Below the pieces are notes generated by a model that saw only the letters and a list, made by a program, of their open reading frames with translations, searched no databases and had not been told where the DNA came from. 64,000 nt of DNA from Paraspadella gotoi (lineage: Eukaryota > Animalia > Chaetognatha), in NCBI GenBank assembly GCA_051294375.1, contig CM119267.1, forward strand, positions 177,409 to 241,408, given 5' to 3'. Each line of letters starts with the position of its first letter. Within the stretch, counting starts at the first letter, position 1. A program made the translations under genes and the position numbers. Of this stretch, positions 49,575 through 61,869 are shown one piece after another.

Positions 49575-50064
49575 TGTTCCTCCCCAGGAATTACGAGGCC
49601 TGAATCTTCCATTACGTGAGAGAAGGAGGAAACTCAAAGGTGAAATGAAACTAGATTGGATGAAGTGAAATAAGGAAAAATGAAATGAGATCGGATAGAA
49701 TTTTATGAAATGAGGTGAGAAAAGCTTAAATGAAGTAAAATTTTGTCATAATAAGCTTAAATAAAGTGATATTGTCTAATTTTATAATTGTCTATTAAAA
49801 GTATTTCTAAAATAGTAAAACAAGACTTATGTTAGCACTGTATCAATAGATATGAAAAATAATCTAAGCTGCTTCAATATGTAAATTAGATAAAAGTTGC
49901 TACAAATGAAACAGAAAAAAAACAAATTAAAAAAAAATGCAGTAAAATAAATTTTAATAGAGAAAAATATCTTATTCAAAAATATTAGAGGAATTATAAT
50001 ATTAAAACTAGAATAAAATGCAAAAATTAAATTATTGAACAAAGTTGAAAAGGTTGGAATGAGA

Positions 50065-50250
50065 AAAGTTAAAAGAAAATGAAGCAAAAAAATGAAGTGA
50101 GATCGAATGAGATAAATGAATGAAAATTAAGCAAAGAAATGAAGTGAGATCGAATGAGATAAGTTGAAAGAAAATGAAGCAAAGAAGTGAAGTGAGATCG
50201 AATGAGATAAATGAAAGAAAAATAAAGTTTTTGGTGAGAAAAGTCGAGGT
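50065..50250. repeat. degenerate short tandem repeat (AAATGAAGTGAGATCGAATGAGATAA core)
   Basis: Core visible three times about 45-50 bp apart, with a related copy at ~49680. Confidence 0.6.
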
Positions 50251-51199
50251 GGAAAGATATAAAAAATGGAGACACAGAAAATAAATGAACTAATAAATAA
50301 ATAAATATTGTATCAAAAAATATTAAAACTGCTTCCCTGCTTTCTGAAAGGAGCACAAGTAAAGATAAATTATTTTTGTGTTTTATCACCCGGAAATTTA
50401 AAAAAACTTAAAAACTTTATCTCTTCCAGAATAGAATATTTTATGAAAGAATTAATATTAAAAAATTGGTTGTGAAATTATTTACGAAAATATTTTGCGA
50501 GGATACTAGTATAGCTTTAAGAGATTTATTAAGTACCATAACTTGAGAATTGTATAATTGCTTGTAGCTACGTATTGTAATAAACTAATTTTATAAAAAT
50601 AATAAAAAGTGCTATAAATTACATATTGACTTTTAAAATCATCATAGATTCCTTTTTTTTAAGAAAAAAATATTTTCCTAATTAAACGTCGCGATGGTAG
50701 AGCTTTTACAGAAAGTGGCAAGGGGCAAGTGGAGTGCGAGCGCCAGGTTGGCATATTCAATCGGTGCATCGGCGACTCTCAACTTCCCGTGCATCTTTGC
50801 TCGTCATTCTTAGCACAGTAACTTTTTCGCTTCAAAGAATTTTTTGGTTACGTAGTTATTATTTGAGGGGAGCAGTGGGGAGATACGCCCTCCTCCTCAC
50901 TTTTCCTCATATTCCTTACCATCCTCCTCATCCTCTCTCTTTCTCCTCCTCTCTTATCTCATCTTTCTCTTTTTTACCTTATTTGTTAATTTTAACCTTT
51001 ATTACCGTTTTCATTTGTTCCCAAAATCTAATCTTTTCTCTCTTCCTCTCCCTCCTCTTTTCTCCTCTCTCCTTCGGTCTTTCTTTCCTCTTCTGCTCCT
51101 CTTCTTTTAGTTACACATTATTTTTATATTTTTCTTCTGCATCTTCTTTCTCCTCCTCCTCCTGCTCTCCGTCTCTCCTCCATCTCTTCTCAGTTTAAT

Positions 51200-52110
51200 T
51201 ATCATTCTCTTTCATTTCCGCCTTCTTTCCTCTCCCTCTCCTTTCTCCTCTTCGCTATCTGTTTCTGCTCTCTCCTCCATCACCTTCTCCTCTCTCCTTC
51301 TCTCCCTCCTCCTTCCCTCATCCTTACTCTCTGCCCTCCCTCTGCCCTACTCTCTCCCTCTCGCTCCCTCCTCCCTCTTCTCATCTTCTAACCCTCCTCT
51401 CGTGCACTCGCCACCTCTTCTCTTCTTCCCTCTCCCTCTCCCTCTCCTCTCTTTCCCGTCTCCTTTTTCCCTCCACTCTCCTCCCACTCCTTCTCTCTTC
51501 CTTCTCTCTCCCTCTCTCCTTCCCTTCTCTCCTCCCCCTTTCCTTCTTTCTCCCCCTCTCCCTCTTTCCTCCTCCTTTCCCTCTCTTCCTCCCCCTTCTC
51601 CTTCCTCTCTCCACCTCTCCACCCCTTCTCCATTTCTCTCCTCTCTCACCTCCCCTCTCTTCTTCCCTCTTCCCCTTCTCCCTTTTTTCCTCTCCTCTCT
51701 CTCCCCCACTCCTTCTCTCCTCCTCCTCTCCCTCTCTCCTCCCCTCTTTCCTCCGCCTTTCCTTCTCTCCTCCCCCTCTCCCTCTCCTCCTCCTCTTCCC
51801 TCTCTCCTCCCCTCTCTCTTTCTCTCTCCACCTCTCCACCCTTCTCCATTTCTCCTCCTCCTCTCACTTTCCCTCTTCCTCCCTCTTCCCTCCTCTCCCT
51901 TTTTTCTCTCCATCTCTCCTCCTCCACTCCTTCTCTCTCTTCCTCCTCTCCTCTCCTCCCCTCCTCTCCTCCCCCTTTCCTTCTCTCCTCCCCCTTCTCC
52001 TCTCTCTCCCCCTTCCTCTCTCTCCCCCTCTCTCCTTCTCTTCTCCCCTCTCTCCTCTCTCCTCCTCCTCTCCCCTCTCTCCTCCTCACTCCTCTCTCCT
52101 CCCACCCGCC
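51200..52110. repeat. polypyrimidine/polypurine (CT-rich) low-complexity tract; 53515-54670 duplicates ~51440-52605
   Basis: Almost only C and T on the + strand; the downstream unique flank is also repeated after the 25-N gap. Confidence 0.9.
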
Positions 52111-52220
52111 GTCTTTTCTCGGCCAAAATTGTTTTCTAAACAAAAAAAGATGCGCAATATTTGACTTTTAAGCCCAAAAACGTCAGGACTTAAAAATGGC
52201 TTCTGATCGGTTTTTGAGGG

Positions 52221-52310
52221 TTTTTTAGTTGCGCCGCGAATAATAGTGGAGCAACTGTTAACCTTAAAGGTCACTTTTCGCGTCGGTCAGTCGTTATGTC
52301 TGTCCATTGG
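52221..52310 (+). mobile_element. HINE/Helentron-like terminus (copy at ~54282)
   Basis: TTTTTTAGTTGC...GCAACT hairpin followed by CACTTTTCGCGTCGGTCAGTCG; same architecture as the reverse complement of 36860-36925. Confidence 0.35.
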
Positions 52311-54674
52311 TTTGGCCCGCTTATATTAGTTGTGGATGTTGAGTTGTTAAAACAGGAATACAAATCTAACAATCTACGGAATCAATGTACTACTTTTTGT
52401 TTTCAAAGAAATCTTTAAATTATAAAGAATAAAAGACGAGATTCCAATGCAGCGCGTGTCGATTTACAATGAAATATATATTGTTAATTATATTATACAT
52501 GGAAATATATCGGAAAAGCAAGTCACTGCGGCGCAACACGCATTGAATTCCCTTTTCTTTTATTTTAGCTTTTTATTTAATTATAAATATTAATTGTACA
52601 ATACGGGGTTTTATTTTCTTTGGCAAGAGAATTTTATCAAAAACTTAATAGTGTTGTTAAGAAAACATTACATTAAATTACATTAACAGGATTTCAAATA
52701 AGTTGGAGCTTTTACGACCGAAGTTTGAGCAATCTCTTTTTTTTAGCCAACATTGGAATTTCTTTTTGCCAAAGGGGGCATAGTTCATTTTTTTTAATTT
52801 TAATTTTTTTTACTATTACTATTACTATTATTATTACTTTTATCTATTACTATTATTTCATCTTCAATTCGATAATAGATTAGAATAAAATAATAAAGAC
52901 AAAACTATGGCGAACAGAAATGTGGCGCTTTTGAAAATAGAGCCAGTTATATTACTCTTGTATCTCAAGCACCATTGCAGAACAGTAAACATATTCGCGG
53001 AATAATTTACTGTTTTATATTCAGCTTGTTCTCGGAAACGATGTTTGACGCCAACTGTTTCGTCAACAGTTTAGGTTAACAATTTTTTTTTACGACTTTT
53101 TTGTCTCTCCGTTACTGATGTTTTTCCTTTATCTTTACGCGACACAATATGTTGATATAAAAAACGAGAAATAAGAACAAGACAAAAGATCTTGTGGTTC
53201 TCATCTCATCTTTTTTCTCTTATCTTTTTCTTTCTTATTTTCCATTTTTTTCTTTCTTTTTCTTTTTTCTTTCTTTTTCTTTTACTTTTTTTCTTTTCTT
53301 CTTCCTTTTCTTTTCTTTTCCTTTTTCCTTTCTTCTTCCTTGTTCTTTTCTTTCCTTCTTTCCTCTTTCCTTTCTTTTCTTCTTCTTTCTTATTCCACTT
53401 TTTTCTTTTTCTTTTCTTTTCTTTTCTTTTTCTTTGTTCTTTTCTTTTCTTTTCAAACATCCGAACATAATGATCGTCACTACGAAAATNNNNNNNNNNN
53501 NNNNNNNNNNNNNNCCCCTCTCCCTTTTTCCTCTCCATCTCCTCCTCCCCCACTCCTTCTCTCTTCCTCTCTCTCCCTCTCTCCTCCCTTCTCTCCTCCC
53601 CCTTTCTCTTCTCTCCTCCCCTCTCCCTCTTTCCTCCTCCTTTCCCTCTCTCTCCCCCCTCTCTCCTTCTCTCCTCCACCTCTCCACCCCTTCTCCATTT
53701 CTCCTCCTCCTCTCACCTCCCGCTCTTCTTCCCTCTTCCCCTTCTCCCTTTTTTCTCTTCCTCCTCCTCCCCCCTTCTCTCCTCCTCCTCTCCCTCTCTC
53801 CTCCCTCTTTCCTCCGCCTCTTTCCTTCTCTCCTCCCCCTCTCCTCTTCCTCCTCCTTTCCCTCTTTCCTCCCCCTCTCTCTTCTCTCCTCCACCTTCCA
53901 CCCTTCTCCATTTCTCCTCCTCCTCTCACCTTCCCCTCTTCCTCCCTCTTCCTCCTTCTCCCTTTTTTCTCTCATCTCTCCTCCCCACTCCTTCTCTCCT
54001 CCTCCTCTCCCTCTCTCCTCCCCCTCTCTCCTCCCCCTTTCCTTCTCTCCTCCCCCTCTCCCTTCTCCTCCCCTTCTCCTCTCCCTCCCCCTCTCTCCTT
54101 CTCTCCTCCCCTCTCTCCTACTCTCCTCCTCCTCTCCTCTCTCCTCCCTCACTCTCCTCCCCCACCCGCCGTCTTTTCTCGGCCCAAAATTGTTTTCTAA
54201 ACAAAAAAGATGCGCATATTTGACTTTTAAGCCCAAAAAACGTCAGGACTTAAAAATGGCTTCTTGATCGTTTTTCGAGGGTTTTTTAGTTGCGCCGCGA
54301 ATAATAGTGGAGCAACTGTTAAACCTTAAAGTCACTTTTCGGTCGGTCAGTCGTTATGTCTGTCCATTGGTTTGGCCCGCTTACATTAGGTGGATGTTGA
54401 GTTGTTAGAACAGGAATACAAATCTAAACAAATCTAACGGAATGCTAGCTACTTTTTGTTTTCAAAGAAATCTTATAAATTATAAAGAATAAAAGACGAG
54501 ATTCCAATGCAGCGCGTGTCGAATATACAATGAAATATACATATATATTGTTAATTATATTATACATGGAAATATATCGGAAAAGCAAGTCACTGCGGCG
54601 CAACACGCATTGGAATTCCCTTTCTTTTATTTTAGCTTTTATTTAATTATAAATATTAATTGTACAATACGGTG

Positions 54675-56935
54675 TAGGAGAGCTTTAGGCTGCAGAGAAA
54701 GACTTCCCCCTTACCCACGATGTGCCCGTAGGAGTAGTTGAGTTGACGTCAGGGACCAACTACACGACCATGTGGTTTTCGCGCTGTGTTCCGGACCGGA
54801 CGATTGGAGAGCGCAGTCCCGGCGTGGGACCCCGCTCGGCCCCCAGTTGTGTAATCGGACGAGAATGACCATGGGCCCCTGGCGATCCACAACACGGGGA
54901 ATTAGCAAACGACACGACCACCATTGAATCTTTTTCATTCAGAAACAATACGCGGACAACCAAGAGCAGTACTTAGGCTCAGAGAAAGAACTATCCCCTT
55001 ACCCCAGACGTGCCCGTAGAGAGTAGTTGAGTTGATCAAGGGGAACCCAAACTACCAAGGTTCGACGCATGTGTTACCTACGATTGGAAGCGCAGTTCCC
55101 GGCGTGGGCACCGCTCGGACCTCTTGTGTAATCGGACCAGACCCATGGCCTGGCGATTCAAACGAGGGTCCCGCCGACCGCACATTCGAAAAATGGTTTT
55201 CACACGCGGGACAACCAAGAGCAGTACTTAGGCTCAAGAGAAAGGAAACTTCGCCCTTACCGCAGACGTGCCCCATAGAGAGTAGTTGAGGTTGAACTCA
55301 GGGGACCCAAAAACTACCCAATGGTTCGACGCATGTGTTACCCACCGACGATTGGAAGCCGCAGTCCCGGCGGTGGGACACCGCTCCGACTGCGTAATCG
55401 GACCGACTGTGGGCCCCTGGCGATCAACTGAGGGTCCCGCGACCCCATTGAGAAATGTTTTCCACGCGGAACAACCAAGAGCAATACTTAGGCTCAGAGA
55501 AAGAACTTCCCCTTACCCAGACGTGCCCAGTAGAGAAGTAGTTGAGTTGACCAGGGGACCCGAACTACCCAATGGTTCGACGCATGTGTTACCCAACGAT
55601 TGGAAGCCGCAGTCTCGGCGTGGGACCACCGCTCGGCCGTTCTTGTGTAAATCGGACCAGACCATGGGCCTGGCGAATCACGAGGTCCCGCGAACCCCAT
55701 TGAAAAATGTTTTTCACACGGGACAAACCAAGAGCAGTACTCTTAGGCTCAGAGAAAAGAACTTCCCCTTACCCAGACGTGCCCCTAGAGAGTAGTTGAG
55801 TTGACTCAGGGGACGCCAAACTACATGGTTCGACGCATGTTGTTACCGGCGACGATTGGAGAGCCGCAGTCCCGGCGTGGGACACCGCTGCGGCCCTTTG
55901 CGAATGCGGACCAAGACCGTGGGCCTGGCGATCATGAGGGTCCCGGACCACATTGAGAAATGTTTTCACAACGCGGACAACCAAGAGCAATACTTAGGCT
56001 AAGAGAAAGAAGCTTCCCCTTACCCAGACGTGCCCGTAGAGAAGTAGTTGAGTTTGACTCAGGGGACCAAACTATACCCCTAATGGGTTCGACGCATTGT
56101 TTACCGACACCGACGATTAGAAGCCGCAGTCCCGGCGTGCACACCAGCTCGGCCCTTCTTGTGTAATGGGAACAGACATGGGCCTGGCGATCAACGAGGG
56201 TCCCGAGACCTCATTGAGAAATGTTTTCACACGGCGGACAACCAATGAGCAGTAACTTGAGGATCAGAGAAAGAACTTCCCCTTACCCAGACGTGCCCGT
56301 AAAGAGTAGTTGAGTTGACTCAGGGGACGCCAAACTACCGCAAAGTGGTTCGAACGCTGTGTTTACCCGACGAATTGGAAGCCAGCAGTCCCGGCGTGGA
56401 CAGAAACACCGCGCTTCGGCCCCGTTGCGTAATCGACCCAAGACCGTGGGCCTGGCGAATCACGAGGGTTCCGCGCACCACCACATTGAGAAATGTTTTC
56501 AACACGCGGACAACAATGAGCAATACTTAGGCTCAGAGAAAAGAAGCTTCCCCTTACCCAGAACGTGCCCGTGAGAGAGTAGAGTTGACTCAGGGGACCC
56601 GAACTACCCAATGTTCGACCGCATGTGTTTTACCCCGCCCGACGATTAGAAGCCGCAGTCCCGGCAGTGGGAGACACCGCTTGGCCTCTTCCTTGTGTAA
56701 TCGGACCCAGACCATGGGCCTGGCGATCACGAGGGTCCCGCGACCCCTATTGAGAATGTTTTCACACACACAGCCGGACATAACGCAAGAGCAGTACTAG
56801 GTAGAGAAAGAAGCTTCCCCTTACCCAGACGTGGCCCGTTTAGAGAGTAGTTGAGATTGAACTCAGGGACAAACTCCCAATGGTTCGACGCATGTGTTCC
56901 GACGATTGGAAGCCGCCGGGTGGGACACCGCTCGG
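54675..56935. repeat. ~260-bp GC-rich satellite, about 9 units, alternating A/B variants
   Basis: Units begin GAGCA(G/A)TACTTAGGCTCAGAGAAAG at ~54680, 54964, 55219, 55479, 55732, 55985, 56247, 56518 and 56789. Confidence 0.92.
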
Positions 56936-57399
56936 CTTTCTCGGTCAAATACCGCATGCCCTAGAAGCCGCAGTCACACTGTGGGACACGCGCTCGGTTC
57001 TTTTCAATTTACCATCCTTCATTTTAGAACCAACCCCACGGCTGGCCATATACCCGTTTCCGCCTGTTTTCCTGCTAGGCGTGAAACTTGTGTTTTGCTA
57101 TAACTATGCCTAGGAAGCCGCAGTCCACCACGGGACACGCACTCAGCTAATTTCCAATACCAATCTTTCATTCGAGAGCGCAACCCCGTGGCCGGTCTTA
57201 GCTTTTTTATGCTTTGTCCGCGCGTGTTTAAAACTAGCTACAGACCGGGGACGGGCTTTCAACCCTACTTTTTGTTAGCTCCTCACGACATGGAGTTTCT
57301 CAACATTGGAAAATTAAAATACATTTTATTACTACAGCATTAATTGGGCAATGAATGCTTTAGGCGTCAAAAGGGAAGCAGTTCAAAGAGCTACATCCC

Positions 57400-58250
57400 C
57401 GTACCCCTCTCCGACCCCCCCGACCCAGTTGGTAGCAAGTTTACGCGGGCCGTAAAACGTTTTTTTCATGACTTCTCCTGGCCGAATTCCCGCGGGGTAA
57501 CCTAGTCCGTTCAACTTCCATATTCGCGGACTTTTTGTGCATCCGATACGCGAAGGTTAAAACTGACGCTGAATCACTTGCGTGTGACGCCAGCGCCTGG
57601 GCAAGGCGCCTCGCCCTCGTCCCGTTCCGGCGTACCTCAGCGCCCGCCGAGGCCACAGCACGCCGTAGAGTTTGTTATGTTAAAACCATCAATTCCCGGA
57701 CCTAGCGAAGGTCGCGAAGGATAGTCGGCAAAGGCCGAGGCCCAAGAGGCCTGGCCATCAATACTGGCGGAAATAGATACCCTGTGAGGCTGCGACTGTT
57801 TTTGAGAGGAAGGACGTATGTTGCGAATAAAACGTAGCAGAAAAGCCGCCTTTGACAGGGGATCATTTCGACATATGCATCCGGAGCTTTTAATCTTTGT
57901 CGCATTCGGACCTGCACTTACCCAAAGGGCCCGGACTTTCCGCTCACCCCCCGCGCTTTGTAGATGATGAAGGGTAAGGCGGGCAAGGAGTTGGATGACG
58001 CGCTAGTGATGTTGCATTGTTCGGTGTGAGGTAGAAGGGCATTATAGATATGTTACATATGCCGAGATGAAAATTGTATTCAGTCCGTGTTATAGCTCGC
58101 CTTCTTTGCCGACGCGAGAGATATCCAAGAAGCGATGGTCGTTCTCGGTGGGTTCCGAAAGAGGGGATCGTAGTGACTTTAAATCTTGTTCCTAGACCCC
58201 GGTTTTTGTCAGGGTAACCTGGTCTGTCTGACGGCGTTTTTGCTTTGGTG
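57400..58250 (+). mobile_element. possible degenerate non-LTR retrotransposon reverse transcriptase (L1/Tx1-like)
   Basis: Frameshifted motif shadows in the right order: PI..LxTD..LA...RL (~57540-57605), AEK(A)AFDR (~57837-57860), FGP (57905), GVR.QG (~57972), YA(D)D (~58058). Needs many frameshifts. Confidence 0.3.
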
Positions 58251-60689
58251 TCACGCGCCGGATGTCATCCCAGGATGCAACCCTATCTATCTCTGACGGC
58301 TCATATTCCCATGGCGGGCGACGAGGTACATACGGTAGACTTCCGAGCTGGAGACCGCTAACAACTGCGCGTAGTAGGGAACCGTCGATAGGGACAAAAA
58401 CTTTTCAAGTTTTTTTTTGCTTCAAAAGGCGTATCTGCGCTGAAAAGGAATGGCAGAAAAGCCATGAACCGGCAATGTGAAACAGAATAGCAGACACCGT
58501 AGCGCCGAGAGTAGCGATTCGTCGCATCCAAACTACGTAGATCAATCCGGGAGTTTAGGCTTGGGAATCTTAAGCAGGGAAAAAGGTTATTACCACCCGT
58601 GAAAAGGCCCCTTCCCGAAATTTATCCAGCGCATGTACTTACTGTATCCCGTCCCCCTCCCTACGATTAACCGTTAGGAGAAGGAGTAGAACCAACAGGA
58701 GACCGGGACCGAGTTGTGGAAGAAGGATGGGCTGTTGGAAGGGGTTAGAAGAGAATGCATAAGAAGTCTCATAGCCGGTTCGCGCCTCTACCGACCCTCC
58801 ATCTGCTCCAAGGCCGTTGTCGTTATTTTTCTCCGGGCTCGTGGGAAATCTCATTAGCGGGCTGATCAGGGGCATCGGGCCAGTTTTTTCCATCAAGAAT
58901 AGCGCAGCAGTTTTTGGTCTTGCGCGCCTGCGAGGTCTCTCCTCCGTAGTTGAAAGCGTCCGTCATTCGGAACCCGTTGCGTGTTCCAAAAGTGTTTCAC
59001 GATAGTCGGTGCCATAGTTGCGCTGCAAGCGCATTGCATTCTTTCGGGACACGGGTAAGCAGTCCTCCTTTCCCACAGCGAATTTTTACCCCATTTTTCG
59101 TTTAGCGATTTTGCCGCATGTATTCCTTTCGCCGCGGGTTTCTCGTGGGTAATTTTTGTTTAGCATTCGAGGCAAGTAAAATGATCGCCATAGTTAGCAA
59201 TAAAACACATAAATGATTCGATCCCTTTGCTGCGAGATCGCTCAATAGCCTACCGTGAAACTATGGTCATATTACTGCCTGGCTCAATTCGCTTCTCGCA
59301 GGTCACGGTAAGAGAAACGAATTTTTATAAGGTCACCCCGCGTGAAACCTTAGGCTGACTTACCGTCCGTTTTTTTTTCCCTTCCCCGACGATCGAGACG
59401 CGACACCAGAGGGGCCATTTGACATTTTAAATAATATATATTTTTTTTTTACCCCGCGGGAATTCGCCCTGAACGGAAAAGGGGTTCACGGCGATTTCTC
59501 CGGACATTAATACTGCGCTTATTTATATTACAAAAAATTGGCGACGGCGCGGGACCAATTGAAGAAAAGCCTTGGCGAGGGAGCGAAGGAACCCAGGTTC
59601 GCCGATCGCCAAGATTTTTGCCCTTCCGAAAAGCGGCCGCCCTGACGGAGTCACGGCGAGTCACGGGTTTCGATAACCCGCTCAATGCACCAATTTTTTT
59701 TTAAATATATAATTTTTTTTTACCCCGGGATCGCCCTGACGGAGTCACGGCGATTCTCCGGACATTATCTGCGCTTATTTATATACGAATAATTGGCGAC
59801 GGCGCGGCGACAGAGAAAAGGCGTGGGCCCGCGACTTTTCTTCTTTTTACCTACGACATCCCCGTTACCCGTAAATTGAACGAAGCGAATGAAACCGCGG
59901 GTCGAAGTTCACCGTTTCAATGAATTCTCCGCGCCGCGATCGCCCTGTACGGAGTCACGGCGAAATCACGGGATCGAATCCCACGCATAGCACCACCTTT
60001 TTATATTTTTTTAACAGCGCGGTGCGCCCGTCTCGCTTGCCTCGATCAACCGCGGGAATCTCAAATCTGCGGTCGACGAGTCAGCCGGGATCGGCCAAAA
60101 ATCCGTCTATCGTATCGTGACCGTTGCCCGGCCCAGGCTGGGCTCAAGATCAGCGTCGTACGATCGCCGGGTGAACGCCAAAAGAACCAAATCAATGTCT
60201 ATGCGAAAGACCGTGCCCGTCGTTGCCCCCCTCCTACCCGGAATATCCTGGCGGAGGAGGCCGTGTGAACGGTCCAAGGACAATGCCCGTTCTGCCGGGC
60301 GAATCAAAGTGCGACGCAGACAAACGATGGCTCTCAGTCGACAAGCCACGGCTGGCGGCGCCATGGGCCCGCCCTGCCTGCCTCACACATAGGAAATTTC
60401 GATCAAATACGAGTTCCAACGCTAATATGAATACGTTAAAGAGGCTCTCTTATAAGGGTAGGAGAGACACTGTTAAATTTCCAAGAAAAAGTCAGACGCC
60501 ATTCCCACAAGATTTATAAGAATCTCTGTTTAGGGAGAAAAAATTTTTGTCCCGGGAGCCAAAACAAAGGCGTTTAACATGGATCCTAGTTGTGCGTTGG
60601 AACCTCGTACAGTCCGGATTTTAGGCGTGCACAACGGCAGGCAACAAAGAAAGTACTACACGAAATCAAAAAATAGTAATTTTGTACTA

Positions 60690-61400
60690 CGGGTTAGGGT
60701 TGAGCAGTTTTTACACACTGGTAAAAAATACTAAATATTTGAACTACGGGGTTAGGGTTTAGGCAGTTTACTTTGATATTTAAATGAAAATAAATGCAAT
60801 GTATGAGTTCTGGCTAGGGTTAGGGTTGAAGAGTTTACAAAAATATAAAAATAAGGACGTATTGAGTTTTTCGAGTTAGGGTTAAGGGTTAGGGGAGTTT
60901 TACAAACAGCGTTTTTTTAAAGCTATGGGGGGGAGGGTATAGGGTTGAAAGAGTTACAAAATATAAAAATATGGACATATGGAATTTTTTTAGTTAGGGT
61001 TAGGGTTTGGAAAGTTTACAAACGCGTTTTTTAGCTAGGGTTAGGGTTTGAAGAGTTTACAAAATATAAAAATAAGGACGTATTAAAGTTTTTCAAGTAG
61101 GGTTAGGGTTAGGAGTTTTAACAAACAGCGTTTTTTTAGCTAGGGTTAGGGTTGAAGAGTTTACAAAGATATAAAAATAAGGACGTATTAAGTTTTTTCG
61201 AGTTAGGGGTAGGGTTAGGGAGTTTACAAAAACGCGTTTTAGCTAGGGTTAAGGGTTGAAGAGTTTACAAAACATAAAAATAAGGACGTATTGAGTTTTT
61301 TGAGTTAGGGTTAGGGGTTTGAAGAGTTTACAAATGCCATTTTTTAGCTTGAACGTATGAATTCTCGTTTAGGGTTAGGGTTAGGGTTAATATCGTTATC
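60690..61400 (+). repeat. subtelomere-like ~110-120-bp repeat with TTAGGG doublets and AT-rich spacers
   Basis: Repeated TAGGGTTAGGGTTGAAGAGTTTACAAAATATAAAAATAAGGACGTATT...GAGTTAGGGTTAGGG...GAGTTTACAAACGCGTTTTTTAGC. Confidence 0.85.
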
Positions 61401-61800
61401 AAAGCATGGGTTAGGGTTAAGAGAGTTTACAAAATTGGTGTTTTAGGGTTAGGGTTGAGTAAGTTTTAGTAGATAATGTTTGGAATTTTTGAGTTAGGGT
61501 TAGGGTTAGGGGTGAGTAGTGTAGGTTAAGGGTTAGGGTTTAAAGCAAAATGGCGATTTCGGCACTGAACTACATCTTAGCGTTCTAGTTAGGCGATTTC
61601 GCCTAAACTAAACTCAGATTAGGGTTAGGGTTAAGGGTTGAGTTGGTTAGGGTTAGGTTGAAGTTGGTAGTAGTTAGGGTAGGGTTGAGTAGTTTAGGGT
61701 TAGGGTTGATTGGTAGTAGTTAGGGTTAGGTTGAGTAGTTTAGGGTTAGGGTTGGAAGTAGTTTAGGGTTAGGGTAGGGTTGAGTTAAGTTAAGTTTATT
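61400..61800 (+). repeat. degenerate (TTAGGG)n telomeric-type tract
   Basis: Dense TTAGGG units interspersed with TTGAGTAGT variants. Confidence 0.85.
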
Positions 61801-61869
61801 TTAGGCTTATTATTAATGTCAATTTTAAGGGATAGGGGTTAGGGAAGGGTGTTGTTGATGACCAAGAGG

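Noticed and set aside
50700-50830. GC-rich island with a short - strand frame (MHGKLRVADAPIEYANLALALHLPLATF)
   Set aside because: Too short, weak splice signals, no family recognised.
51347-54267. Long Glu/Arg/Gly-rich and Leu/Pro/Ser/Phe-rich ORFs (also 40194-40775, 45764-46183, 62834-63464)
   Set aside because: Translation artefacts of polypurine/polypyrimidine tracts that lack stop codons.
54675-60600. rDNA or 5S array
   Set aside because: No recognisable conserved 18S, 5.8S, 28S or 5S sequence on either strand.
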